Of a stretch of 64,000 bases of DNA, positions 13,030 through 26,900 are shown one piece after another; positions within the stretch are counted from its first letter, which is position 1; every line of letters begins with the position of its first letter. The notes beneath the pieces are model-generated. The model ran no database searches. It saw only the letters and a list, made by a program, of their open reading frames with translations, and was not told the DNA's origin. Both the position numbers and the translations under genes were made by a program. This stretch comes from Nitrospirales bacterium (GTDB lineage Bacteria > Nitrospirota > Nitrospiria > Nitrospirales > UBA8639). The stretch is from contig CBDBCZ010000018.1 in NCBI GenBank assembly GCA_965203295.1, positions 832,001-896,000 on the forward strand, written 5' to 3'.

Positions 13030-14119
13030 ATCCTAGCATATTGTTCAAGAATGTGTTCCCGGTGAGGTAGATATAAGCATACGTTAGTGCTACTCACGTG
13101 ACCTTCGACGAATCAGAAGTCTCAAACTCGATCACATGACCGCACGTTAAATCGCTTAATGCACACTTAAGTGTGCACTAAGTTGTTAATGCACACTTAA
13201 GTGTGCATTAACAAGATTAGTGCACACTTTTCTAAATAACGCCCAACAGAACCGTGGCTGTCTCAGGTCAGTGAGTGAACTAAATACTTTAGACACCAGT
13301 TGGCAGTGCATTACGGGACTAGTTAGCGCGCTCGGACAATTAAGTAACGGTCTCGGGCGGATAATGCACTCGCCTTCGGCTCGTGCATTATCCGCCCTCG
13401 ACCGTACTTAATTGTCCTCGCGCGCTAACTATATCCCGTAATGCACTGCCAACTGGTGTCTAAATATTACTTATTTTAAGTGCTCCTCCATAATTATGAG
13501 CAATATTGTTCTGAAATATGTTCCCTGTGTGGTTGTGCATGGGTGCCAGATTGCACTAAGTGCTCCTCCATTCCAGGCAGAGTTATTCTTAAATGTGTTC
13601 TTTATGAGGTTCAAAGTACCACTACATTAATTGAGGCATAGGTGCACTGTGGTGGTGACCACCATTGCACTAATGTGTAGCTCAGTGATGTTGGTAAAGA
13701 CAAACCCGGCTGGCCAGGTACACAATCCTACTGTTGACCTCTGGGAGGGAGGATGGATCCCTTGAAGGGTGATCGAAGTGTTCCAATATGTTGTTACAGT
13801 GATGGTCCACACTAGGATATGTGTGTTCCAGGATATGATTGCCAGGAAGAAACTCCATTGTTGTGTTCACTGGGAGGCTATTGAAGTACTGGCCAGCTGC
13901 ATATGTACTGGGTGTGGTAGGGCTCTCCAGGACATGGTGTGCCAGGTGTGGGTTTGACAATAGTAGGTACACTGTACTCTGACCAGAGCATGAAGTCAGT
14001 AATTTGAGAATCAGGAGGAGTTTCTGCCACGTTAGCAGTAGTACAGTGAAGATGTGCTTCTTGAATATGTAACTTAGTATTGAAATTGATATCCTGTGTG
14101 AATAGTAAGAATTAGCCAA
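13030..14119 (-). pseudogene. 5' remnant of a paralog of the Pmp-like gene (frameshifted, interrupted by a hairpin element)
   Basis: 13680-14110 matches 6690-7120 (LLLTWQKL, NTTMEFLPGNH, TWPAGFVFT in shifting frames). Decayed GGAL/FxNN repeats lie at 13030-13070 and 13475-13620. Confidence 0.8.
13084..13469 (-). mobile_element. Hairpin element family B, copy 2 (best preserved)
   Basis: Hairpin 13288-13464 with TTA at both ends; reconstructed empty site GTTAC. Confidence 0.82.
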
Positions 14120-14764
14120 TTAGCTATAGTCTTCTGCCACTACATGTATGTCTCCATGCATGCATGTTAGTACTGTAGCCTGTTGGAAGAAGCCTAATTA
14201 TGTAAGGCTTCAGTTGTGAGAGCCACATAAAATAGTGCAATCATAGAGCCCACATCCATAATTAAATTCAGCAACTCCCACGCTCTAACATAATTATATA
14301 GTCACAGGAAACATAGCGAAAAACCACTTGTTCATGCAAACTACGTGGTGAGTACAAGGACGAAGGTGGGCCTGTTAGCTTAGTAGTATAGAAAGGCTCA
14401 GTGGTACGTATATACAAGCATTAGAGTTTGCTTGTTTTCGTAGAACTGTCCCAGTTCTTATAAATACATCTTCACTACAACAGTATTGTCCATTGGCCAA
14501 CCTTGTTTTGTTTTCTCATGCACCTGGGAGCTGTGTACAGTGGATGTGTTCGGTGATTCCAACTATGTATACAAGCATGGGAAATATTCCTCTTATATAC
14601 ATGCATGCCTTACACTCACACCCCCCCTCACAAAGTGTTATGAGGTACATGTAGCTAATCCATGCATACAGCTCAACTGTACTACGGTACATAGATTTAA
14701 TATGTTTCCTAATAGAATGGGTTGACTCTTACTGTGCACATTGTATGAAGCCACAATAATTATT

Positions 14765-14918
14765 GGCAAAAATGAACACAACAAAAATTTAATAGAACTA
14801 GCTAACAGAATAAAGTCAATACATACAACCCAATGATAAAGGCAAAAATGAACACAACAAGAATTTAATAGAACTGGCTAACAGAATAAAGTCAATACAT
14901 ACAACCCAATGATAAAGG
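14765..14918. repeat. Tandem duplication, 76 bp x2, just past the TRPA stop codon
   Basis: Units start at 14765 and 14841. Confidence 0.9.
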
Positions 14919-14939
14919 AAACATTCTATGTTAACTTAT

Positions 14940-17900
14940 TTACTGTACTAGTCCATCTTGTCTGTCTTTTTCCAACAGTTTGAGAATCTTATCCATGGTG
15001 TTCTTCATCTGGTGAACCTCCATTGCCAGCTGAGATATTTCCAGCTGATCCAGGGAGAGTGTTTGTTCTGGAAATTCCTGAAAAAGAAGGCCAAGTTTTG
15101 GCTATTGCTCTGGCAGAGTATGCATACATTTGAAGGAGAAATGACCATGAAAGTATATATTCGTGCATTAGTTGATATCTCAGTACTGACACAATACAGC
15201 TACTGTACCTCTAAACTTTTACGCTTTCGCTTTCATACTATAATTCTACATTCAGGTATGGCTAATAATCCGAGAGTGCACACACCACTTTTCTTACTAT
15301 CTAGGAGAGACTTAAACAATGCATTTGCTCATGATTATCTAATAGGGCTGCCTTACCTTAACCTCTTGCAGCATATCTTTATTTTCTTTTTCTTTGTGCT
15401 GTAGAACAATGAACTTGCGACGGAGTTTTTCTGGTAAATTTGCTTCTACATCCAAGATTAAATCAATCTGAATGTATGGGAGAGTTGACAATCATAACAG
15501 TACTACTCTCTCTGGTCACAAGTACTACAAGTACAATGGAACCTCACTCTGCAATATGGACACCTGCATTAACTTTTTACCGACCACTACGCAACAAACG
15601 TGCACACTCCACGTGACCGTAAGATTTTCCTGTTTTGACACACTACAACTTACCTGGCTAATTCGCCATTTTGTAAGCGATCAGCCGACTTTTGCTATAG
15701 ACAACTATACATCTACAGAGAGCACAGTTATCGGCCGAACCTTTGAGGGCGCTGTCATGACATCGAGCCTTCGTGAAGCCTCGCATGTGACGACAAAGAA
15801 GAAAAGTGTGCATGTACAAATTCTTCAGTCTGTGCAGTGATAGATTGAGATAAAACTTTGAGTAACTTTTGGAATAAAAATACAAGAATTTGGAGAATGC
15901 TCTGAAGTGCATTCCTGTCAGCATGTTCTACGGTCTCTGCTCAGAGTGATGAGGTTTATCGTCTTCTCGTAGCAGAGCATGAGCATCAGAGTGTAGTGCC
16001 AGCAAACAGTACAGAACACTAATAAGCATGATGGATCTTTTCACAAGCATGGAAGTCAAAAATAAAGGAGCTGGGTAGCTCTTTCCTTTCTTATACCTAT
16101 GACATCAAGTTCATCTGGGCACAGTTCATGGTAAGCTAGTGACAAAAGAGGCAATATCCTGGGGCAGATTGATGACAGGTCATACTGCCATGTCTGGTAG
16201 CTACTGATATGCTATTTAGCTAGCAAACTATACTGGTCTTCTAACAAATCTTACATTCTGTTGATTTGCTGGCTCAGAAGCACAGCGGTTCCTCTCTCCT
16301 TCATGCTAGCCTCGTATACGCACGTGCACGTGGTTAAAGAAATTTATAGCAAGGCCGCAAATATAGAACATTGTGCGTAGTTTCGGCATAATGTATGTAC
16401 CGTAATAATACAGACAGAAATGCAGAGTCAACTCGCTAGTGTGGGGCACAGGCTCGCCCCAACTAGACTATAGTATAGAAACAGAAAGGCAGTATCCGGA
16501 AGGCTGAGCTAATATGCATGCGCTATGATTTAGAATTATCTCACACTAATATCCATATTACTAAACACTAGCAAGACTTAAGCTTTCTCACTGACACACA
16601 GCAAAACTGAAGCTCTAGAAGCATGGCACAAAAGAGGCCTTCATATTGTCGACACAAATGCGTGCTTACAATGGTGTTCACATTAGAGGGGTTCCAGTGC
16701 AGAGACTATTTACTCACATTTTAAATATCTGGGGCCGGCTATGATAAACATCTCTAGATCTCTGATCACAGTTTCACTCACTTTCATTGATTCTATTCTG
16801 GTTTCTGCTCTTTGAAGTAGTTCCGCAATATCACCAACAGCTAACCCAATCTGTGTATTATAAAAACATAGTACATATGCAAACTGGTAGGCATCACATT
16901 GTATAGTTTCCATTCAAAATGCTTCTACAACAAAATACTTTTAGTGCTGCCCTACTAAGCTATGGAAGGGTACGTCAGTAAATTCAGCCATGGGTACTTG
17001 AAACACTATAATGTCGTCAACATATACGAAGACTGACCAATATAGCATTTCATCAACAGTCTGATAATAATATTCAGTAGGAAGGAAATATTAATTGTAT
17101 TGGTGAGCAGTGGGCTGTTGTTTGAGCTTGAAATGAGTGAGCCTAGTGTGTGTGAGTCAGGACTATACCCGACTTGTCCATATGACAATTTCCTTTTACA
17201 GTGTGCAGTGCACAAAGTAGTCAATAGGTTAGCTACGTAAAGCTACACACAAACTCGGCTCATAGTGTTGATACAACCAAGATCTTTTATGACTCCAAAT
17301 GCACCGTATTAGTTATGCTATTTTAGATACCTTGAGAAAAATAACCATGTCAAAGATGTAATACCTACCAGCATGTTGTTCATTAGAATTGGCATAATGA
17401 TGATGAAAACAATCCAAAAGATGTAGGAGACTGCAGGGAAATGGATCGCCTCCAGCTCATTATCCTCCACATTCGTACCAAGGTGGAATAAGCTACCATA
17501 TTCACTCCCACCAGCAGAATAGGTCACCACACTGAGAAGACTCCGAGCAGGGGTTGAGAAGTGAGAGCGCTACAGAAAACATAATTAAAGGAGGTAGTGG
17601 AGTTAACTCAATATTATTGGCATGGAAAACTGAGACTTCTGTACCTACAAACTGTAGGGAGTTCCTAAGCACTATGCTGTAGTTCATGCATACACACAAG
17701 ACTGCCATTAAACGGAGTTGTTAAATATCATATGGACTCCTGTACTGTAAAAAACTTCATCGTGGATTCGACCTACGTATGATGGACATGTAGTGAATTG
17801 ATTCATGTTTTAGTTGCTCATGTATTGTAGGGCCGGTTTTAATGCATAGTAAAATTATTGTGTTTTGAAGGTGAATTGCATATTTAATAGTTATTGCTTT

Positions 17901-20900
17901 ATTTCACGTACATTTTCAGGCACACTACTCACATAGGCTTCTATTACAATTTCGTATGAAACAAAGGGAAGTCAAAACACTGATGGTGTGAATATGCTAT
18001 AGAGTGCTCAATCCCACCGCGCATACAAATGCATATGGACCTCTCTTCTGGGAGAGCAGCTACAGTTGAAACATGAGAACGACGAGAATGATCTGAGAGT
18101 GATGAACAACAGCATCGTTGTCGGTTTCAAATATCACACAAGGCTAGCTATGGCAACTTTCCAATCAACGTTCACACTAGAGAAATGTAGCCGCTAGAGC
18201 ACGGCATGTGTAATGATGATGTAATTATCTGTGTCAAAATGTACTGCATTCATATTTTTGCTAGCTTAAAAACCGGTACTACGCTATGCAAGTTAATACA
18301 TGCATAATGTGAACATACAGTTTGGATTCTCAGGTAGTTCAAGGAAGTGACTACAACAAATGGGGCTGTTTGATGATGACCTGAACAATGAATCCAGACA
18401 CCGAAACACTCCACATTCTGGTACAACCAAGCTGAACAATATAGTGGCTGAATCAACCATAATGTGTTTTACATGTGTAAACTTCCACTTCATGCAATAG
18501 TGAAGTGCATATATTATATTTGCAACATTACAAACTTACTAGTATTCCAGGGTCGAAAAAGAGCATGTAGAATCCAAAACCAAATGCTATCACCAGCAAA
18601 AGTATGATCGGAATTGTCTTGATGAATCTTTTTACAATGTATTCCATCATGGCAACGTAGATTCCAAAAGAAGGACTCTTTCGAATGGCGAGAAGAAGAT
18701 CGATCCAAGCAAGAAAAACTGCCACAGTTCCTATCTGCCACTGCCACTGATGTGCACACAAGCACACTGCATTGAATACCGACACGAAAATGATAGCAAA
18801 CGGTAGCATGACAAGTTTAAGCCAGTTTTGCCAGTCGAGGAAGTAATTCACTTGATAGTAAACAATCTCAATTGTTTCCAAAAATACCAATCTGAAGAGA
18901 GCAGTTATAAATACAAGTACAGCTGCAGAGTAGATGAAGTGACGTCTGCTGCTGCTTTGTTCTGTATTGTGGTGAAAAGAAAAGAATATACACATCAATC
19001 ACTATTATAAGAATGGAAATGGCAGGTGCAACAAATTGAATGCATGGTACACAATGTTACTTGTTAGATCCTATCATCTTGTATCATCAATCCATTGGGA
19101 GTTGTTCTCTGCCAAAGCTACTGTGAAAGCCTCTATTACAACACCGGTAATTGAATCTGCACTTGTAACTAATATGCATGCACAAAAACAATTATACAAA
19201 GCTGCAACTTTAGCAAAGGCTACTGAAGATATAGCTGTTTACAAATCAAAAGTAATGGCAGGATTCTCAAGAATAATTCCTCTGCCTTTATCAAGTGTAT
19301 GTTTATTGTCTCAGTGGTGTTTCCACAGCACTCCCACATAGTGTGGGTGCAATTATAGCTTACATAATTATTGTTTTTATACACACTCACCGCAGTCAAA
19401 CACATCAGTGGCGTTTCCAGCAGTTGTATTGAAAGCAGATAGACCTGCAAAAATAATATCAAATCATTCATTTTTAGTAAACATAACATACACAGTAAAA
19501 AAAGCAACTTCTTTAGCAGGCACAACAGCTGAAGGGTGAAAGATGCATGGGTTAGCTGATATACTGTTGCAAGAATAACAAAGTGGTTAGAGTTCTCCTT
19601 GTTGCAAGTTACAAAGAACACTCCTACAAATTTGTGCATCAGATTTAGTCTCTTGTAGATAACTACATGTTGGTGATTACGTTTCCTGTGACTGATTTCT
19701 GATATAACTACCGTATTTCCGCGATCAGACGCCGCCCTCGATTAGTAGCCGCCCTCGAATTATAGCCGCACCTCCGGAAGTGCTGAACGAAACAGTGGCT
19801 GCCCTCGAATAGTAGCCGCGGCTAAAATTCAGTACCGCGTAAGCAAGAAGATGTAGCAACTACAGTAAAAGTAGAGTAATACTTGACTTTGCTAGCTAAC
19901 AGTTGTCGGACTTCACCTTTGTCTTCTTCGAGATTGCGAATTTAAGGGATCAGAGCCCGACGGAGGCTGCCCGCGAATCTATTTTTTCGATACCTCTCCC
20001 CTCGAAAAACAACTGGCATTGTAGCATGACGGCTATTCAATAGGGTTGAGGCACGAACGGCGATTTTCAAACGGATTTAAACTGCTGTTGTACATCGCTG
20101 TGTAACCAGTAAACCGTTCAATCTAATAAACGCCGCCCTCGATTAGTGGCCGCCCTCGAATAGTGGCCGCGGAAAATCGCGCGATGAAATAAATAGTAGC
20201 CGCGGCGTCTGATCGCGGAAATACGGTACATGGCTTTAGAGTAACTGGCTCTACATGCATTATTTGATCAAATTGGAGTAGGATTTCGAGTCACAAGCGT
20301 TTTTATCAACCAAGGTAAGCTTTCAGCCGAAGTATGGTTACGGCAAGAATGGGACCACAGGACCTTGGGCTATACGAAACCGAAGTATAAAGCCTGGCTC
20401 TACTGCCTTCAGGGTGCTATAAGCCCAAACTCTTGGCAATATTTTCATGGTTGCTATGCATGTACTAGACGCTGTTACAGCAAGCGGTACCTTTTCACAC
20501 AGTCTGCTAGCTTCCTTCATCTCTCTCGTCTCTCTCCAAATCACCACAGTTGCCATTTTCCGGAGGTAAGGTGGCTAGGTCGATGAAGCTACGCACAAAA
20601 CGTTCGTGATACGGATAGTATACGCAGGAGCGCATCTAGCCGGTGAAGCCGGCTTGGAAGCATGTAACTACGCACGTGCAATACATAGATGGCGAAATTC
20701 AAACATGGCGGTCATATTCTAAAAATAGTAGTATCCGTATATGGATTTTTATGATGCAACAGCAGAAAAAAGTAATAGAGAAAACAACGAAGTGGATAAA
20801 AATGAAGCGGTGTGTCGGCATACACTCGAGCGAGATGACTAGTTCTCCGAAGCGAAAGCATATGGGAGACAGAACAATCTTCAAACAAGTGAGTCCAAGT

Positions 20901-23900
20901 ACTGCCATACCCACACTCAGTGACTGTTACAAAGGCTTACAACTAACCTTCCCATCAGTGTCGTTGTGCACGGGGCCTGCGTTAGCTGTATAACCATCCA
21001 ATGCTCTCCGTAGTCACCCTGCAAAGCTGCCGCTCACAGACTTACGTACCCACATGTGTATATATTCCATATTTGGTGGTTACTAAAATTAGCATCTGGA
21101 TACCGTGTTTTTAATTTCGCCGTCTATACTACTTGCATGCTCCCTCGCTGGCTTTGCCGGTTTTATGCACTTCTGTATACGGAAGTGCGATATATCGTAG
21201 CAACGTCAAAACACTGCGATTACGTGAAACGTAAGTTTTCGTAATGCGTTAGCGTTCCGGCTGTTCCTCGGGAACTGAGCATCCGATCGCCATCAAATTT
21301 TGTAGACAACCCCGTCAAAATGTATACATGTATAGATTACGAAACCAATGCGATCTCAATTTTCATAAAAATGTGGGATGTGCCGGGTTTTCGCTCAGCG
21401 GGTCACATGAAAGAGGATAAATGATAAATGATTGATAGGAGTTTACACTACAAAATATACCAGTTTACATGCATTATATGTGACCGGATTTGTGAAAAGG
21501 GACCGCATTGTGCAAATACTGATTTCGAGTTATGCATCAGTTTGGCATAATTTACCTTTTGGTGCGCTTGTCTTCGAAATTTGGTGGCATTCGGACGTTC
21601 GGTTCCCGAGATACAGCCCAAAACGCTTAACACATTACGAAAACTTACGTTTCATGTAATCACAATGTTTTGATGTTGCTACGGTACATCGTACTTCCAC
21701 ATACTATCCGTATCATGAACGCATTTAGTACATAGCTTCATCGAGCTAGCCGCCTTACCTATGGCAAACGGAGACTCTGGTAAGTTGAAGAGAGTGGAGA
21801 GAGATGAAGGAAGCTAGCAGACTGTGTAAAAAAGTACCGCTTGTTGTAACAGCGTCTTGTACACACATAACGTGTTCTGTATACTAACTTACCACAATAA
21901 TATGGCAGTGAGTTTGGGCTTATAGCGCCCTGATGGCTGTAGAGCCAGGCTTCATGCTTCAGTTTCTTGTAACCTAAGGTCTTGTGGACCCATTCATGCC
22001 ATAATCGTACTTTGGCTGAAAACTTACCTTGGTCACTAAAATGCTTTATATTTGCGCAATGTGGTCCCTTTTCGCAAATCCGATCACATAATACTATAGA
22101 CATGACATCTGAATCTCTTACTTACAAGATTCACTGAGTGGGCTAGGAGCTGCAAGGGCCAGGGTGGTCAGCAATATCACAAAGAAGCAGTGCAACAGCA
22201 TGCTAACGATGTAAAGGAACCTCGGCAATTTCCACTTGCTGTTCACTAGTCGTGTCACTAGAGGATGCTGCAGCAACTCCACATTTCCACTCTCAGCCTG
22301 GTTGAGATAGAGGAAACAATACATGTATACCTAGCCTGAAAACAGACAAATACTTAGGATTTCACGTTGATGTATGATTTCAGAATACAGTGAAACCCCA
22401 TTAATTTTAAAGAACACCCTGAAGTAAGGATATCTCCTTGTTAAATTATGCAATTCACTGCTGCAAAAATAGATTTTGAGTTGAAAGTGTTTTAGCGACC
22501 AAGACGAGTTTATAGCAAAAGTACAATTATGGCATGAATGGGTCTACAGGATCTTAGGCTACAAGAAAGTGAGGCATGAAGCCTGGCTATGCTGTCACGC
22601 ACGCATATTATTGTTGTAAATCCGTTATATGGAACACGTTACTATGCATGTACGCTGTTACAGCACGTGGTACCTCTTTACACAGTCTGCCAGCTTCCTT
22701 CATCTTTCTCAACTCTCTCCAACCTACCTTCATTTGCCAGAGTTAGGGCAGCTAGGTCTATGGAGCTAGGTACTAAATGCGATCATGATACGAATAGTAT
22801 ACGCACGTACTATATAGCACAGAAACCCCAATTACACGAAATGTGTTAATGTTTCAGGCTGTATTTCAGGAACTGAGTTTTGTGTAGCCTAAGGTCCTGT
22901 GGACCAATTCATGCCATAATCATACTTTGGCTGAAAGCTGACCTTGGTCGATAAAAATGCTTATAACTCAAAATCAATTTTTGTAGGATGTGCCGGATTT
23001 TCACTCAGTGGTTCAAAGATATAAATTTACCCCTAAAATGAGGACAACTCTCTATACCAGTCACCAGTATAAACAGTGGATAACAGTACAGCTCACAAAT
23101 TCAAAGGACTAGCTCACCATGAGTTTCAAAGGATGATTCACCCTATCATATCCTTGAGGCCCCCACTTTGCACTCTTGCCACCATTCTCAGGGAAGAAGA
23201 TCTGAGCATATTTTTCCACCACCGCAGGCAAGGGAACAGACTTGGGATCCTGAAAATCTTCAATCAGCTCATAGTCGTATTTGACAAACTTTCCATCACA
23301 AGTGATGCAACGATCTAAAACCAGAGCTGCTGCAACTATGAGGTAAATTTTGGGGGGAAAATACAATAAGCTCACTGAATGCCAGAATTACATTACCAGC
23401 GTGATGCTCCACTCCATAATTTCTACAACAATGGTGTACTAGTACAGTGTTTGGCAATTTTCATGCTTACCAATCCAGCAAAATTAATTCTGCATTGTAC
23501 ATGCTAGAACATTAATAGCTACAGCCATTGCAAGGGCGGCAGGTTGAAACCAAGAAAGTTTTCAGGATCAATAACCTGATACATAGCATATTCGATCCGT
23601 AACTGTTGTCATCATGCTAAAGAACGGTGGTCCTACTGAAGTCTCCGACTCTTCCCTAAACCAGTTACCATCACATCTGCCAGTGACTACCAGTCCAACT
23701 AGCTGCATAGCAATGAAGGTAGGCATAACTAGTCGTCTTGATCGTTTGTATATTTCGCCACGTGTATCCATTCTATTACTGATTAGATCAACTTTTGCCA
23801 CAGTTACATCATTATTAGTAATCACTCTACTCAATTTTATGGCTATTAAAGAAAGGGGTTGCCCCTCCTGCCCATACAGTGAATTTGCCGTTTCTAAAGA

Positions 23901-26900
23901 CACTATAGTGAAGCATTACGTAATAGCCACTTACGTGGCGTACGCCGTGCAATGAGTAAAAACCAAAATCAATAAAGAGAACATGTAGGGAAGGAAAACC
24001 AAAAGAGCTATAAAACAAGGTAGGAATGACACTTCAATACTTCTGTAGATTACTTTATACAGATAAACCTGGGCTAAAGTATGTAGGCTGGGTTACAGGA
24101 TCCTTTGTATATAGGTATTGCCTTTTAGAATAGCCCAAGCTTGTCATTATAAAGAGCTCAATATGAATCCACATATTCTTTTCCAAAACCAACTATTTAC
24201 CTAAGTAATGGCAGTAGAATTTGAAAGCACAGAGCATTTAAAGGCTGGGAATTGATTATAAGGGTGCATAAAATATTCATGCGTCATTTAGGGAAACAAA
24301 GTGGTTACCCAAACTGTGCACCGTCTTTGTGTATGTGAGACAGTGAATATGTGTAGTCATCCCACCATGCCATGCTGACCTGGCATTCGTGTAATAGCCT
24401 CACGCATGGGTGTAGTTTTGTTCTGAGTAGTTTTGAAGAGTTTCTCCCACCTTTTACTCTTAACAATAGCCTCGACAACATCTCTGTAGAATGAGTATGG
24501 ACAACACAAAGATATTTGAATCATTTAGAAATGAAAGTTTATATCCATCAGGCACCTGAAAAAAACTGATGAAAGCGGGATTCAGTAGTATTGACTGTAT
24601 CTCCAGTGCCGGCATATTACTTCTACACGTTACATAGTAACTGTTGAAGTCACTGACACCAGTTCATGGCTTAATTTTACTGCTGTTCACAGGAATAGTG
24701 TGATGAATAGTCCTCTGAGTGGAGCATAATAGACCTTCTTGCAGGCATACAAGTATAGCATGAATAGTCCTCTGAGTGGAGCATAATAGACCTTCTTGCA
24801 GGCATACAAGTATAGCATAATTGTGGGCATAATCTACCATGGCGTAATTCTGTGCACTTACTCATGTCCCTTCCGAATGGCTGACATTAATGGAGTGTAG
24901 TTGTCATCATCAGCTTCTGCAAAACTAACTCCTTTTCTGAGCAATAGAAACTCAACGATCCTCACTCTGCCATAGTAACAGGCATAATGCACAGGCGTCT
25001 GTTAAAAAAACATCATACCACAGGTCATAATTCATGCATTCTACTACACCAGTTACTCTTCAGAAGAAAGAAGGTTAGATATATGTTACTTCATGTTTTC
25101 CGCATTTGTTTGTGCTTACTTGTGCGTCGATTCTCACTCGAGCGCAATATAAAATATTAGGTTATACATTACTATGCAACTAAAGTATACAGCAGCTTTT
25201 GGAGGTTTGTAGGCCCAGCTACAGCAATGAATAGTTGTGTTGCCTAGACGGCATAAACTTGGTAGGCAGCTGAAATTTCATAACAGATAGCTACATTTTC
25301 GATGTACTGTGTTTGACTATTTCAGCAGGATGCTTATTATAGCATAAATACTACTTCTACAGCTGTAGTTAGCTTGGCCTAAGCTAAGTTGTGTGTATTG
25401 CACTAGACTTGTCAGACTCCATGTACCTTTCCTTTATCATCCTTCTCATCGACATCAGCCCCGTGCTCCAGAAGGACAATGACAGTGTCCAGGTGGCCGT
25501 ACTGGCAGGCCACATGAAGTGGAGTCTGTACAAATACAAGTTTGAGGTAGCAGATCACTTTTTCTGTAATCAAAATTCGACATACCACCTTGGCATCTGC
25601 AATGCAAAATGGCACTTATAATGCATTGTCTTATCTGCCCCACAGCACTGTGTAATATACAGAAGCTGCAATGATCGATCGTATCCTGTTTACTTTGTGC
25701 ACGAATTGACCTCTGTACTAATACAATATTATATTTATCAATATTCATAGCTTTCTACACTGATAAAACATTCACAATTACCTTTCCATGCAAATTTCTT
25801 CTGTTTACGTCTGCCTTGTTCTCCAAAAGAAGACTAGCAATGTCTACACGACCATGCTGGCTGGCAGAGTGAAGAGCGATCTGTTAAAAATGAAAGAGAT
25901 ATTTGATGTGGTAGATCACTTATGAAATTCCTAAAGAGCCCACAATTCACTACAAAAATTGGTTTTTGTTCTTCTGAGTAGAGAAATAGAGAAAAGAATA
26001 GAAAAAATAGATGGAGCTCTGAGGAAATCCAGTACCTGGAAAGAACCAGAGATCATCCAGCCCGTGACCGCAGAAAATTTGAAATTTGAAAAGACTCAAA
26101 GTTTTAAAAACAAGGTAACAAAGGAGACCAAATAGGTCTTCACTCCATTAAAAAACCGTTCAGAGAAAATCCCATGGTCCCGGTTTAACCACAAGGTCTT
26201 ACCGAGGCTAGCAGGAGCCTCCTACAAAAAGTTTATAAGGTTAAAAAGCTTATGAAACTTTAAAAATTGTAAGAGCGGTCCCAACCCAAGCAGCTCCCAG
26301 CCTCCCCTAAAACTGCCATGAAATTTATCTGTACAGTAGTATTTTTGTCAAGGTACATTGTTATCACAATCATTTCTTTAAGTGGAGTTCCCCAATTTAG
26401 GTGCCACTGTTTAGAGGAAATGCCAATACCTCTGTATTATCATCAAGCTTGTTTATGTCTGTCCCCGGATGCTCCAAAAGAACCGCAACAGTCTTTTTAT
26501 GGCCATGGGAGCTTGCAATGTGCAGAGAAGTCTGGAAAATAAATATTACATGATGTAACATGGTGAAGTGTCCTGTATAGAGATTTCTTTTTTTATTCCA
26601 GGGGTAATTTAATATTAACCCTTTGGCTTCCTAGATTTGTGAATATTATTTTAGTCTGTGAGCTTACCTCCAGTAATCTGAATTATTACTGTCTCCTGCT
26701 AGGCCCTACTGCACTGTAGAATGCCCTAAGGGAAATCCCCTGAGGCGCTAGGCACGATGCGTTGCCATGGAAACACGTGTTAGGTCACGTGACTTGTAAA
26801 AGCATTGTAAACTTGTGATTTTCAGGCTGAGCACGGTAGTTAGCTAAAGCACGGAGTATGATGACTGATAGGCAGTAGCTACAGTATAGAATAGGCTCTG

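Noticed and set aside
15209..15300. Extra TRPA exon between the last two exons
   Set aside because: It has plausible splice sites but is 92 nt with in-frame stops, and the flanking exons join in frame without it. A decayed or alternative terminal exon cannot be excluded.
18319..18380. Candidate TRPA exon
   Set aside because: It has a stop codon in the required phase, and S5 joins the pore exon cleanly without it.
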